DNA of 64,000 bases. Origin: a virus. Position 1 is the stretch's first letter. Each line of letters begins with the position of its first letter. The translations under genes and the position numbers were made by a program. Location of the stretch: the IMG/VR virus record IMGVR_UViG_3300046674_000362, positions 21,482 to 85,481 of that record. One strand, written 5' to 3'. Shown one piece after another: positions 29,780-39,275 of this stretch. A model generated the notes under the pieces. That model did no database searches. It had not been told where the DNA came from and saw only the letters and a program-made list of their open reading frames with translations.

Positions 29780-29821
29780 ATTGTCAGGGCCGGGGTGAGG
29801 CCGGGTGCGGCGGGTTTTCCT
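29780..29821 (-). promoter_or_regulatory. putative late promoter AGGAAAA-N29-GACAAT
   Basis: Motif copy 6; ATG 6 nt downstream of the -10. Confidence 0.7.
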
Positions 29822-29837
29822 GATGATACGAAACCGC

Positions 29838-29867
29838 TTGACGGCTCTTATTGTGAGCGCATACAAT
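29838..29867 (+). promoter_or_regulatory. repeated sigma70 promoter/operator, copy 2
   Basis: TTGACG-GCTCTTATTGTGAGCGCA-TACAAT. Confidence 0.85.
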
Positions 29868-29896
29868 GTGAATCATACGAACACACGGAGGGTTTC

Positions 29897-30823
29897 ATGG
29901 CTGCTGAATTCTTTGGAAATTGCCAGATTTGCGGGCGCGAACAGAAAGCCCACCCGCACAAGATCGCCAAGCATGGCTACACCGTGCAATACGGCTGGCA
30001 GTCAGGCGAGTGCTACGGATCGAACGGTGCGCCGATCCAAACGAGCTGCGACCTGATCGCTCGCGCTGTCGAGAGGGCGAAAGAGTACATCAAGCGCTCG
30101 CAGGAGGAAATCACTCGCCTGAACAGTGCAAACCCGCTGGGCGATAACGGCACCATCCTCGTCGTGATGAAGGTCCAGGGCATTGGTGGCAGCACGTATA
30201 ACGACTGGTGCCCGGCAACCGTTGTCCAGAATGATGCAGGCGATTACGAGGTACGCAACCACAACAGTAAGACCGTCGCTACTCTCCGCAGCTACAACTA
30301 CGACACCCTGAGCGATGCAATCAAGATGCTGGCCGGTCGCCGCGCCCGCTATCTGGTCGAAACAATCGGAGTGGCCGAGCAAAGCATCAAGGAAATGACG
30401 GCCCGCCTAACGAACTGGAAGCCTACCGAGCTGCGCCCAGTGACGGCCACCGACCGCGCCGCGACCGCGATCAAGGTTCACATGGTCGCCACCAAGTTCG
30501 GCCGCAAGACCGGCGTGTGCGTCGCCTCGGCATCTGGCGCGCAGGCTTACAAGCAGACCACCGACGACCGCTCGAAAGTCACTTGCGCGGCCTGCCTGAA
30601 GGAGCTGGCCCGTCTGGACGATCTGCCGCGCCTGAGGGCCGAGAAAGCCGAGAAAGAACGCCTTGCTGACATCAAGCGAGCCGAGCGCGAAATCAAGGAC
30701 TACACCAAGTACCTGAAGAACGCGACGACCGAGGCCGACAAGCTGTACTACGCTCGCGAACTGACCGAGGCCACCAACCGCCTGAACGAACTCAAGGCCG
30801 CCGCCCCAGCCGCCGCCCAGTAA
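29897..30823 (+). CDS. hypothetical protein with Zn-binding CxxC motifs
   Basis: Start MAAEFFGNCQICG after GGAGG; HGY motif, CAAC, C-terminal coiled coil. Confidence 0.75.
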   Translation: MAAEFFGNCQICGREQKAHPHKIAKHGYTVQYGWQSGECYGSNGAPIQTSCDLIARAVERAKEYIKRSQEEITRLNSANPLGDNGTILVVMKVQGIGGSTYNDWCPATVVQNDAGDYEVRNHNSKTVATLRSYNYDTLSDAIKMLAGRRARYLVETIGVAEQSIKEMTARLTNWKPTELRPVTATDRAATAIKVHMVATKFGRKTGVCVASASGAQAYKQTTDDRSKVTCAACLKELARLDDLPRLRAEKAEKERLADIKRAEREIKDYTKYLKNATTEADKLYYARELTEATNRLNELKAAAPAAAQ

Positions 30824-30857
30824 TGCAACACGGCCGGGAATCCCCGGCCAAAACTGC

Positions 30858-30887
30858 TTGACGCTCGCATATGTGAGCGCGTACAAT
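30858..30887 (+). promoter_or_regulatory. repeated sigma70 promoter/operator, copy 3
   Basis: TTGACG-CTCGCATATGTGAGCGCG-TACAAT. Confidence 0.85.
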
Positions 30888-30916
30888 CCGATTCATCAAC
30901 AACAGGGAGGGTCGCC

Positions 30917-31483
30917 ATGCTGGAAATCAAGTCGAACGCACCGGAAATCAAATGGATCATCGGCAACGCCGGAACCAATGACTTCGCCCGCTCGCTGGAC
31001 CAGCAATTGCAGCGCAGCGGCAACCTCACCGAAAACCAAGTCGCGGCCGTCACCCGCATCCTCGCGCGCCAGTCGGCCGCCCCGGTTGCTACTGCCGCTG
31101 TCGCCGCCGTCGGCGCTGGCGTCGAGGCGATGCAAACCGCATTCGCCACGGCCACCGGCAACGGCTTGAAGCGCCCGAAAATGCGCCTTGGTGACTTCGT
31201 GCTCAAGCTGGCCCCGGCCACCGGCCGCAACGCTGGCGCGATCTACGTCACCGCCGCCGACGAATACCTGGGCAAGATCGCCGACGGCCAATTCACCGCC
31301 TCGCGCGACTGCGACGCCACCAAGCAGGCCGAAATCATCGCCCTGTGCGCCAACCCGGTCGAGTCGGCCATTGCCTACGGCAAGCGTACCGGCATCTGCG
31401 CCTGCTGCGGCCGCGAGCTGACCGACCCGGAATCCATCGAGCGCGGCATCGGCCCGATCTGCGCTGCGAAATACGGCTTCTAA
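30917..31483 (+). CDS. DUF6011-domain zinc-finger protein
   Basis: CACCGRELTDPESIERGIGPICA signature; GGAGG RBS. Confidence 0.8.
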   Translation: MLEIKSNAPEIKWIIGNAGTNDFARSLDQQLQRSGNLTENQVAAVTRILARQSAAPVATAAVAAVGAGVEAMQTAFATATGNGLKRPKMRLGDFVLKLAPATGRNAGAIYVTAADEYLGKIADGQFTASRDCDATKQAEIIALCANPVESAIAYGKRTGICACCGRELTDPESIERGIGPICAAKYGF

Positions 31484-31504
31484 CCACAAACTCATAGGGA
31501 AAAC

Positions 31505-31738
31505 ATGGCATCCATGACTTTTAGACCGCGCTTCACTGTTGAACTCGATAGCCCCGAAATGCGCCTCGTCATCCTCGCCCTTACCGGCCGGATCGACTTC
31601 AAGCACGAAAATGGGAAGGATCAGGCCGCCGCAATCGAGCTGGGCAACCAGTTGTTCGCTGCACGCGCCCAGCAGACCAGCGACTACGGCAAGGCCCACC
31701 AGCCGAAGCCGGATCAGCCCGCCCAGGAGGGTGCATGA
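31505..31738 (+). CDS. hypothetical protein
   Basis: 77 aa, RBS, coupled to the next gene. Confidence 0.6.
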   Translation: MASMTFRPRFTVELDSPEMRLVILALTGRIDFKHENGKDQAAAIELGNQLFAARAQQTSDYGKAHQPKPDQPAQEGA

Positions 31739-32040
31739 GCTACATCGAAACCCCAGGCGTCACGGCCACCATTCCGCGCGAGCTGGCCCCCGTCATCGAA
31801 TACCTGCAATACGTGCCTCACGGTACGCCGACGACGGCCTACAACGAAACCCGCCGCGTGATGATCGCCTATACGATCATGCTGGCCGTGGCCCACGCCC
31901 GCGAGCGCATCGTGCTCGACTCCGACCTGAAAACGCTGGTGCCGAAGCACCTGCGCGATGAGGCGATGGTGCGCGCTGTAGAGCATGGCCTGTTGCGGCG
32001 CACGGAATGGCGCGGCAAGCCCGCTTGGCAATCCGTCTGA
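31735..32040 (+). CDS. hypothetical protein
   Basis: 101 aa, AGGAGG RBS, ATGA overlap. Confidence 0.65.
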   Translation: MSYIETPGVTATIPRELAPVIEYLQYVPHGTPTTAYNETRRVMIAYTIMLAVAHARERIVLDSDLKTLVPKHLRDEAMVRAVEHGLLRRTEWRGKPAWQSV

Positions 32041-32059
32041 ATCTCACAAGGAAACCAAC

Positions 32060-32560
32060 GTGCAAAAACCTCCCAATCTGGACGGCCTGCCGCACCTCTC
32101 GGCCGCGATGAGCTACCGCAGCACCACCGGGCAAAATACCTGCGTCCAGCGCGCGGCGGCCCTGATGCTGGACCTGACCGGCGCGGTGCTGGTATTCGGC
32201 GTAGTGCGCGCGGCCACGCCCGAGGAACGGGCCAAGATCGGCCCGACAGCCTCGCCGGTCCCGTTCATCCACGCCTGGGTAGAATACCGGGACGAGGTGT
32301 ACGCCCCGACGCTGATCGAGAGATTCGGCGATCTGCGCCCGCTGCCGCTGGACTTGTACTATTCGGAGAACGGCGTTGAGCGGACGTGGCGACTCGAACA
32401 CAAGGCATTCATGCTGGTTGCGCGCCGCTACCGCCTGTCGTCCGCCTTCCGGCATAACAGCGACCGCGCAGGCCACGCCGACGTTGCCGACGCCCTGCTG
32501 CGCGCGGCAGGCGTCAAGTACGTGCTGAGCGAGCGCCGCACGCTCCTTCCTGCATCATAA
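32060..32560 (+). CDS. hypothetical protein, possible papain/transglutaminase-like fold
   Basis: GTG start after AAGGA; NTCVQ...IHAWVE pattern. Confidence 0.55.
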   Translation: MQKPPNLDGLPHLSAAMSYRSTTGQNTCVQRAAALMLDLTGAVLVFGVVRAATPEERAKIGPTASPVPFIHAWVEYRDEVYAPTLIERFGDLRPLPLDLYYSENGVERTWRLEHKAFMLVARRYRLSSAFRHNSDRAGHADVADALLRAAGVKYVLSERRTLLPAS

Positions 32561-32579
32561 TCACCACCGGAGAACCGCA

Positions 32580-32858
32580 ATGGCGAAATACGACCGCTAC
32601 ACCTATGAGAAGAAGCGCCCCATGAGCGCCAACCCGATCTGTGTCTATGGCTGGGGCACCTACCCGGCAAGCTCCGTCCTGGCCGGGCAGGCGATGAAGT
32701 GCTTCATCGACAGCTTCCCCGATGTCGAGGCGGCACTCAAGGAATACCCGACTGCCACCGCCAGCAGCAAATACACCGAGCCGCAAGTGAGCCTCAACCA
32801 CCTGCCGGGCGAGGATGACCCGGTGCCGGGCGGCATGTACCCGGATGACATCGACTGA
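32580..32858 (+). CDS. hypothetical protein
   Basis: 92 aa, GGAGA RBS. Confidence 0.65.
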   Translation: MAKYDRYTYEKKRPMSANPICVYGWGTYPASSVLAGQAMKCFIDSFPDVEAALKEYPTATASSKYTEPQVSLNHLPGEDDPVPGGMYPDDID

Positions 32859-32874
32859 CCAAGGAGAACCACCC

Positions 32875-33069
32875 ATGCTTGTACGACTCACCAATGGCGC
32901 GAACAGCTACGCGCATATCTCGAAGAACGGCAAGGAGCTGGACGTGCTGCTGACGCCGGGCCGGACCCCGGCCGAATCGCTGCGCGCCAGTGCCCAGGAA
33001 ATGCGCGATCAGGCCGCGCGCCTCACTGAGCGCGCCGAGCTGGTCGAGCTGGCCGCCGAGCGAATCTGA
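32875..33069 (+). CDS. hypothetical protein
   Basis: 64 aa, AAGGAG RBS. Confidence 0.6.
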   Translation: MLVRLTNGANSYAHISKNGKELDVLLTPGRTPAESLRASAQEMRDQAARLTERAELVELAAERI

Positions 33070-33446
33070 TGAGCACACCCGATTTCGAGGCCATCAAGGC
33101 GATACTGGACGCGGCGTGCTACCGCCCGGACCAGTCGCCGGATGAGTACCTGACCCTGCTCGGCCGCGTCCTGGCGGAAACTCGCGACCGCGAGCGCGCC
33201 GCGCGGCTGGCAAAATTCGGCGCACAGTTCAAGCCCGCAGGCCAGCCGGTCGAGGAATCGGCCGCACAGCACCAGTTTCAGCCCTGCCAGCAGGTTTTTA
33301 CCGCCGAGGGGTATCTCGGCTACATCGCCGGGCACGATGCGAGCGGGAAGGCCATCGTCAACGTCGTATGGGAGGCGGCCGAGTACGATGAATCGAAGCT
33401 GACCGCGATCCCCGGCCCGGCCGTGCTGGACACGATGCGGACGTAA
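33069..33446 (+). CDS. hypothetical protein
   Basis: 125 aa, coupled start. Confidence 0.6.
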   Translation: MSTPDFEAIKAILDAACYRPDQSPDEYLTLLGRVLAETRDRERAARLAKFGAQFKPAGQPVEESAAQHQFQPCQQVFTAEGYLGYIAGHDASGKAIVNVVWEAAEYDESKLTAIPGPAVLDTMRT

Positions 33447-33470
33447 CACCAGATTTTGAAAGAATAGAAG

Positions 33471-33998
33471 ATGCGAAACATGGAAATGAAGGTATTCAAT
33501 GGCTGGACGATGAAGAACGGCAAGCAGGTGGCCGTCATCGTGGCGGCGTCATCGCAGCGCAAGGCTTCCGCCGCCCTGGCGGAATTCGGCATCGACGCGA
33601 GCGTGCGGGCCATCCAATCGTACTGGGCCATCACCGGCAACAAGAAACACTGCGAGGTGGCGCTGGCCGTGCCTGGGCAGGCATTCGCCGCCAGCTCGCT
33701 CGACAGCGATGACTACAAGCCGCTGCCGCGCAAGCCGCTGGCGAAGGTGCCGCAATTGCCGAAAACCCCGACGGACCCGGAGGGCAAGCGCCTGTATGAC
33801 AAAAACCGCCGCGAGGCATCGGACAAGAACAAGCGCGAGCGCGGCGAGAGGCGCATTAGCTCGTGGCTTCCGCCCGAGGCCGCCGCAGCGCTCGACCGGC
33901 TGACGGGCGGGGATGAGTCGCGCGGCGCGGTGCGCGCGGCGCTGGTGCTGGCGCTGACCACCTGCGCGGCCACCCAGGAAGCACAGAAGGCCGCATAG
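33471..33998 (+). CDS. hypothetical protein, possible C-terminal ribbon-helix-helix DNA-binding region
   Basis: RRISSWLPPEAAAALDRL...VRAALVLAL pattern. Confidence 0.55.
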   Translation: MRNMEMKVFNGWTMKNGKQVAVIVAASSQRKASAALAEFGIDASVRAIQSYWAITGNKKHCEVALAVPGQAFAASSLDSDDYKPLPRKPLAKVPQLPKTPTDPEGKRLYDKNRREASDKNKRERGERRISSWLPPEAAAALDRLTGGDESRGAVRAALVLALTTCAATQEAQKAA

Positions 33999-34000
33999 CC

Positions 34001-34309
34001 ATGAGCCGCGATCTGTTCCAGGGCACCACGACAGCGGCGGCAGGGACCGTCGCGCCCCAGCAGCTCGATCTGATCGGGCTCGCAGAGGCGATTGAGGCCG
34101 TGAACCGGCAATGTGAGCGGCAGGCGAGGGCGCTGCGCGAACTGTTCGCCGAGCACGGCTATGACCTTGCGAACGGGGATGTGCTGTACCACGCGCCGGA
34201 CGTGGCGCTCGACGTGCCGCCGCGCTACCGCGCCCAGGTCCAGCCGAGCCCGCTGGTGCCATCCGGGCAGATCGTCTTTACCAAAAACCCCCGTTTTTCG
34301 CTGTTCTAG
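34001..34309 (+). CDS. hypothetical protein
   Basis: 102 aa; last gene before the convergent late operon. Confidence 0.55.
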   Translation: MSRDLFQGTTTAAAGTVAPQQLDLIGLAEAIEAVNRQCERQARALRELFAEHGYDLANGDVLYHAPDVALDVPPRYRAQVQPSPLVPSGQIVFTKNPRFSLF

Positions 34310-34824
34310 TCGGGCGTCCACGGCGCGAGGTCGTGCAGCTCGTCGCGCGGCGCGATCACGAACTTGGTCGTGTAGGGGTAGATCGCGACGCTGCCGGTGA
34401 CGCCGACGATTTCAAACCCGATCAGCACCCCGCCGCCCGGCATCACGCCCACCAGATCACCCTTCTGCGGGTCCGGGCCGGGCTGCTTCACCCCATCCAC
34501 CTCCACGTCCAGGCACACGATCTGCGCCTCCTGCATCGGCTCGCTGGGCACGATGGCGTCGCCCCGGTCGGTCATATCCGCGCCGCCATCGTAGCGGCTG
34601 GTGATGAGGATGCGACCCATCCCGAGCTGGGTGTACTCGAACTCGGGCTCGTCCTCGTTCTTCAGCACGCCCAGGCCGCCGAGGGTCGGCAGGCCGCCCA
34701 TAGTCTCGTCGGCCGTGCGCTTGAGCACCTTCCGGTACACCACGCAATCCATTGAGTTCGGGTGCTTCAGCGTCACTGTGCGCGCCGCCTGCATGATCCT
34801 GATAGGTACTTGGGTGATCGTCAT
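34306..34824 (-). CDS. putative head-closure/structural protein
   Basis: 172 aa, coupled to the gp25-like gene in a late operon. Confidence 0.55.
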   Translation of the reverse strand: MTITQVPIRIMQAARTVTLKHPNSMDCVVYRKVLKRTADETMGGLPTLGGLGVLKNEDEPEFEYTQLGMGRILITSRYDGGADMTDRGDAIVPSEPMQEAQIVCLDVEVDGVKQPGPDPQKGDLVGVMPGGGVLIGFEIVGVTGSVAIYPYTTKFVIAPRDELHDLAPWTPD

Positions 34825-35855
34825 TTCTTGCTCGCTGCCTTTACGATTTGGTCAAACTGCGCCTGTGTGATCGCGCCCAGCTCCAGCAGGGAACGCGCAT
34901 GCCGCTCCACCTGCCGCATTGCCGCCGTGGGCTTTGCCGCGTCCGTAGCGGCCTTCTTCATATCACGCTTGGCCTTGGCGCGCGCCGCGATTTCCTTCTT
35001 CTCGGCGCTGCTTTTCAGGTTGGTGCTGGAGGTCCGCTTGCTCGACTGCGCCTCGGCCATCTGGCGCAGCTCCGCGACCTTCGTTTTCTCGGCCTTGATC
35101 TGCGAGCGGTCCAGCGTGTCGCGCGCCTTCAGCACCGCCTGGGCGATCTTGAGCTGCACCGCCGAGTCTTTCAGGACGACGTGCATGGTGCGCAGGACGT
35201 GCTTGCACGCGACGCCTACCAGATTCGGGTTCCTGATCTTCGGGAAGCCGGTTTCGTTGCGCCCGGCGTTGTACTTGCCGATGGTCGCCATGTAGCGATA
35301 CCAGAACGTGTGGCGGCCGCAGTCGCAGTCGAACGCCAGCCGCCCGCCCGCCACCAGCTTGCCCAGCTTCTTCGGATCGTTCGGCGATGCGCCCACGGCC
35401 GCGTCGAAGTCCAGAAACAAGACTTGGACGTGGTGCCGCGCCACGTCCGAATGCGGCCCGGCGTTGGTGATGAAGTGGACCTTGCCGCCCCGGATCGACG
35501 CGGGCACCGCCATGCGGATTTCGCTGTTCGCGCGCTGACGGTCGGACGGTAGCGACAGGTCAATCACGCCCTGGGCCGTGATCCCGCCCTTGAACTTGGT
35601 CTTGAGGCGCGTGACGTTCTGCTGGAATGCCCGGATGTCGTCAATGGTGATGGCGCGCAGCTCGCCGCGTAGCGACGTGCTCAGCAGCCGCCCGGCGTCA
35701 TACTCGCCCGATACCTCGTTCGGGTTGAGGATCGTGGTGGCGGCCTGCCGCCGCGCCAGATCGAACGCTGCCGCTTCCGCCGCCTCGCGCTTGGTCGAGC
35801 CCAGGCGCGCGGTAGCCGCGCCGATGGTGGCCTTAATTGAGGGCTTCAAAGGCAC
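34821..35855 (-). CDS. P1 gp25-like protein (SWIM-like Zn finger)
   Basis: FDCDCGRHTFWYRYMAT...FPKIRNPNLVGVACKH matches recalled P1 gp25. Confidence 0.8.
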   Translation of the reverse strand: MPLKPSIKATIGAATARLGSTKREAAEAAAFDLARRQAATTILNPNEVSGEYDAGRLLSTSLRGELRAITIDDIRAFQQNVTRLKTKFKGGITAQGVIDLSLPSDRQRANSEIRMAVPASIRGGKVHFITNAGPHSDVARHHVQVLFLDFDAAVGASPNDPKKLGKLVAGGRLAFDCDCGRHTFWYRYMATIGKYNAGRNETGFPKIRNPNLVGVACKHVLRTMHVVLKDSAVQLKIAQAVLKARDTLDRSQIKAEKTKVAELRQMAEAQSSKRTSSTNLKSSAEKKEIAARAKAKRDMKKAATDAAKPTAAMRQVERHARSLLELGAITQAQFDQIVKAASKK

Positions 35856-36153
35856 GTCGTTCCTCGTCCGTCAGATAGCCGGTTTGGCGCTTGATGAGCA
35901 TGAGCTGGCCGGACGTGGGCAGCACGAGCTGCTGTTCAGGAATGACCTGTTCCAGCGTGTCGAGCCCGGCCGCCGCGAAGATCGCCATGTACTCGCTGCG
36001 GCTGCCGTAGACCCGCTCCGCGATCAGGGTGATGTCCGTCCGCTCGTCCGGCTTCGTGTAGTAGCGCAGCGCCTCAGCCCAGCCGGGCGTCCTCAACGAG
36101 AACGCCCGCACGGCCTTGACGAATTCTGCCGTAGCAGTAGGGCTATAAGGCAT
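35833..36153 (-). CDS. P1 gp26-like baseplate wedge protein (LysM-like)
   Basis: PDERTDITLIAERVYG...AAAGL...LVLPT; upstream of gp25 as in P1. Confidence 0.75.
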   Translation of the reverse strand: MPYSPTATAEFVKAVRAFSLRTPGWAEALRYYTKPDERTDITLIAERVYGSRSEYMAIFAAAGLDTLEQVIPEQQLVLPTSGQLMLIKRQTGYLTDEERRAFEALN

Positions 36154-36159
36154 TCCAGC

Positions 36160-36591
36160 TTACCCGTAGGTTCGGATGTACAGGTCGCGCGGCATGATGC
36201 GCCATGCCTCGACACGGAACAGCGGGAATTCAGCCTCGCTGAAAGCCGCCGCAATCAGCTTCGAGCAGAAGTCATAGAATGGCCGCTGCATTTCGATGCG
36301 CAGAATGAACGCAACGAGGCCGAGCCAGTCATACTCCCTGCCGATGTGCTTGCGCGCTGCCGCAAGGACTGCATCGGGGTCCGGGCAGGGCACGTCGATG
36401 ATTTCCCACTTGCTCGCTGCACCCTTGAACTCCGCGAGCGTCCGCTTGCCGACCTTTTTGAACATCAGCGCCTCGATCACCTCGTCGCCGTCGATGATGC
36501 CGCAGTGGGACCACGGCGACCACATCCACGTCCGCAGCAGGACGCTGCCAGGATTGTGTCGGCGGCTGAAAATCAGTTGTACCTTCTTCAT
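36160..36591 (-). CDS. permuted papain-like NlpC/P60 (YiiX/YebB-like) amidase
   Basis: WSHCGII...GREYDW...FCSKLIA: His precedes catalytic Cys. Confidence 0.8.
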   Translation of the reverse strand: MKKVQLIFSRRHNPGSVLLRTWMWSPWSHCGIIDGDEVIEALMFKKVGKRTLAEFKGAASKWEIIDVPCPDPDAVLAAARKHIGREYDWLGLVAFILRIEMQRPFYDFCSKLIAAAFSEAEFPLFRVEAWRIMPRDLYIRTYG

Positions 36592-36608
36592 TCACTCTCC
36601 ACGATGGA

Positions 36609-37106
36609 TTAAGCAGTAGCAGCAGGATCGCCCGCGCCTTCAGGGGCCGGTGCCGCAGGCTGCGGCAAGCCCTTGATGTGGCGCTCGTATTCCTCGGTCT
36701 GGAGGACAAGCGCTGCGTCGTACTCGGCCGCAGTGATGAGTGCCTTCGCCACCAGCAGCCCCATCATCCTGGGAAGATCGGGGCGCTTGAGGTCCACGTA
36801 CTTGCGCGGCAGGAGCAACGTCACGAGCCCCTTTACTTCCGGGTCTTCCGAGCTGGTGATGACCAGCGCCTTCTCCCCGAAGCGGTCGAAGAACGGGCCA
36901 ACATCGACCCAAAAATACTCTGCTGGCGCGTCATCCCATGTCGCGGGCGGCCCCGATGGGGCAGTGGACCATGCACCATCCACGAAGCGCAGCGGCAGCG
37001 CAGCGTTTTCAGGCGGCGGCACTTGCGTGCTTCCGACTGGCTGCCCCGGACCATCGAACATTCCGGTGACGAACCCGGCTGCGTCAAGAATCCATGCTGG
37101 CATCAT
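36609..37106 (-). CDS. tail-fibre associated/assembly protein
   Basis: 165 aa directly downstream of the fibre gene; GPFFDRF motif. Confidence 0.55.
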   Translation of the reverse strand: MMPAWILDAAGFVTGMFDGPGQPVGSTQVPPPENAALPLRFVDGAWSTAPSGPPATWDDAPAEYFWVDVGPFFDRFGEKALVITSSEDPEVKGLVTLLLPRKYVDLKRPDLPRMMGLLVAKALITAAEYDAALVLQTEEYERHIKGLPQPAAPAPEGAGDPAATA

Positions 37107-38239
37107 TTCACCCTTACAAATTGGCCAGCCGATCCGGGCAGATACATATAGTCGCTTGGCGTCGGGCTGTTGTCGTAGTTTTCAACTGAAGCTGCCACCG
37201 AATTGCTAGCGCCCAAGGTGACAAACAGCCCGGCCCCATATGTGGTTCCGTACCCCGAGATCATATTAAGCCCCCCGTTTTTTCTCATTTTGAAAGTGAC
37301 GCCATCATTGGAAACGATCGAATATCCCGAGTATGTACTGTCATTTATGAAAATGATAAGGGTGCCGTCGCCATATATGCAGCCGTTGAACCCGCCAGTG
37401 CTTCCGCCGACGTTCTTACCTGCCCAGTTGATTCCGTCCGGCGATGTGTAAAACGTAAAGTTTGTAGTGCTCTTGGCACCGACGATGAACTGGCCGAAGG
37501 CATATCCAACGAGATTGTTGGCGGTCATCGTTGCGCCGGGCAACACGCGGGCGGTCCAATTGATGCCGTCGGGCGAAGTTGCTGCACTGGTGCTATCCGA
37601 GGCAACGGCAACCCATGTGCCACCACCATATGCCAAGCCGTTCCAGCTCCCCGTTGCTGGCAGGGTGCGCGGGGTCCAGTTGATGCCGTCCGGCGACGAG
37701 TAGCACTGGTTTGTCGTTGCGGCGTTATTAAAAGCGATGAATTTGCCCCCGCCAAAAGCCAGTGCGCTGGCCGTGGCGACGCCGATGGTTCCGCGCGACA
37801 CCCAATTAAGGCCATCTGTGGAAGTGGCAACACCGCCAACACTATTCAAGGCAACGAATACACCATTGCCCCATTTGACGCCGACCCATGTTCCCGAGGC
37901 TGGCAGGGCCGCTACATCCCAGTTCTTGCCGTCGGTGGAGATGAGCGCCTTGCCTTGCCCGCTGGAAGATGACCCGCCTACCACGACAAACATGCCGTTG
38001 CCATACTCTGCGGAATTCCAACCGCCGGTCGCAGAAACTGCGGTGGTGATGGAAAGGCTGACGGCGTTCATGCTGCCGTTGCGCGGGAATGCGGCCGACA
38101 GGTCCGGGTAGTCGGAACGCCTCACGAGTTCGCCAGCGGCTTTGTAAGCATCCCCGGATCGAAAAACCGAGGCCACGGCACCAATTGGCACCTGATTGAC
38201 CACCACCGAAGCCTGTGTCTGGCTAAGCGTCCGGCCCAT
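37103..38239 (-). CDS. tail fibre / receptor-binding protein with BNR (Asp-box) beta-propeller repeats
   Basis: Start re-set to MGRTLSQ; repeats STDGKNW, STDGLNW, SPDGINW x3, SNDGVTF; lower GC than flanks. Confidence 0.7.
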   Translation of the reverse strand: MGRTLSQTQASVVVNQVPIGAVASVFRSGDAYKAAGELVRRSDYPDLSAAFPRNGSMNAVSLSITTAVSATGGWNSAEYGNGMFVVVGGSSSSGQGKALISTDGKNWDVAALPASGTWVGVKWGNGVFVALNSVGGVATSTDGLNWVSRGTIGVATASALAFGGGKFIAFNNAATTNQCYSSPDGINWTPRTLPATGSWNGLAYGGGTWVAVASDSTSAATSPDGINWTARVLPGATMTANNLVGYAFGQFIVGAKSTTNFTFYTSPDGINWAGKNVGGSTGGFNGCIYGDGTLIIFINDSTYSGYSIVSNDGVTFKMRKNGGLNMISGYGTTYGAGLFVTLGASNSVAASVENYDNSPTPSDYMYLPGSAGQFVRVK

Positions 38240-38565
38240 TATGCGGCCTCCTCGAAGCCATGAGCGCGAACGGACACATTGCCCGTACTGCTGCGCACGA
38301 TGATCTTCTCGCCCGGCGAGCAAACTACGCCGGTACGCTCCAGCACACCACCAGCTTGCAGCGTAGCGTCATATTCGATGTAGTCATCGACTATCGGCGC
38401 GGCCCCGACAGAGACAGCCAGCCGCACCAAGGCATCGCCGGGACCGCGATTACAAAAGCTAATGGTTGCAGTTGCGACCGTTGCGACCGGGGCGGCCGGG
38501 GCGGTATAGATCGCGGTATCTTGACTGGCCGCGAGCGCGGCCTTTCCGAGTCTGCCTGATGGCAT
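38239..38565 (-). CDS. tail-fibre module protein
   Basis: 108 aa, AAGGAG RBS; YIEYD...GGVLERTG motif. Confidence 0.6.
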   Translation of the reverse strand: MPSGRLGKAALAASQDTAIYTAPAAPVATVATATISFCNRGPGDALVRLAVSVGAAPIVDDYIEYDATLQAGGVLERTGVVCSPGEKIIVRSSTGNVSVRAHGFEEAA

Positions 38566-38576
38566 AGTGGCTCTCC

Positions 38577-39206
38577 TTAAAGGCTAGTATGGAAAAAGCG
38601 CTTGGCGCGGCGGCCCATGATTAGGGCGTCTACCTCGGCTTGCGTCATGTATTGGGGGTGAGGGTCGTTCCTCGCCTCATGATCCGTAACCGCAGCGCCG
38701 AGTTCGTCGGCGGTAACGTACTGCGGGTGAGGGTCTAGATCGGCCTCGTGGGCGAAGATCATGGACTGCATGGCCGCGTCGCCCAGCTCCACCTGCACCG
38801 TTACCGAGTCAGCGGGAAGGGCCGACACGTCGAGCGTGTACGCGATAGGCACGTCATATTCCGCCGACTTGTAGAACAGGTACTTATCGCTGCGGCTCCA
38901 GATCGCAACGAGCGTCGCCCCGGCGTAGAAGCCGATTTCGCCTATCCACTGGTCATTGAGGGGGCGTCCGTCCGGGTCTTGATCCTTGAGGGTGATGCCG
39001 ACGCGGATCGAGGTCGGGGACGCCTTGCCCCCAGCGACAACCGGGAAGCGCGCCAGCTCGTTCGCAAGCGCCGTTTCGTCGCCGGTCGGATCGTACTTTC
39101 CCGAGCCGATGGCGATGTCCGTCAGCGTGAGCTGAAAACCCGGCGTCGGAGACTGCGGGAACAGCGCTAGGCCAGCATGGGTGAACGTTGGGTTAATGGG
39201 GACCAT
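38577..39206 (-). CDS. tail-collar fibre protein (DUF3751-like)
   Basis: THAGLA...IAIGSG...IGEIGFY plus two DPHPQY repeats; start moved downstream of the promoter. Confidence 0.75.
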   Translation of the reverse strand: MVPINPTFTHAGLALFPQSPTPGFQLTLTDIAIGSGKYDPTGDETALANELARFPVVAGGKASPTSIRVGITLKDQDPDGRPLNDQWIGEIGFYAGATLVAIWSRSDKYLFYKSAEYDVPIAYTLDVSALPADSVTVQVELGDAAMQSMIFAHEADLDPHPQYVTADELGAAVTDHEARNDPHPQYMTQAEVDALIMGRRAKRFFHTSL

Positions 39207-39233
39207 GTTTTGCCCTGAATGACTTGGTAGGTC

Positions 39234-39275
39234 ATTCTGCGGCACCGCCCCCGCCGCGCCCGCGCTGGTTTTCCT
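39234..39275 (-). promoter_or_regulatory. putative late promoter AGGAAAA-N29-CAGAAT
   Basis: Motif copy 7; upstream of the fibre operon. Confidence 0.7.

Noticed and set aside
28505-29896. 5' extension of the 772-aa plus-strand ORF
   Set aside because: Antisense to the DarA-like gene; the real start is 29897, after the promoter and GGAGG
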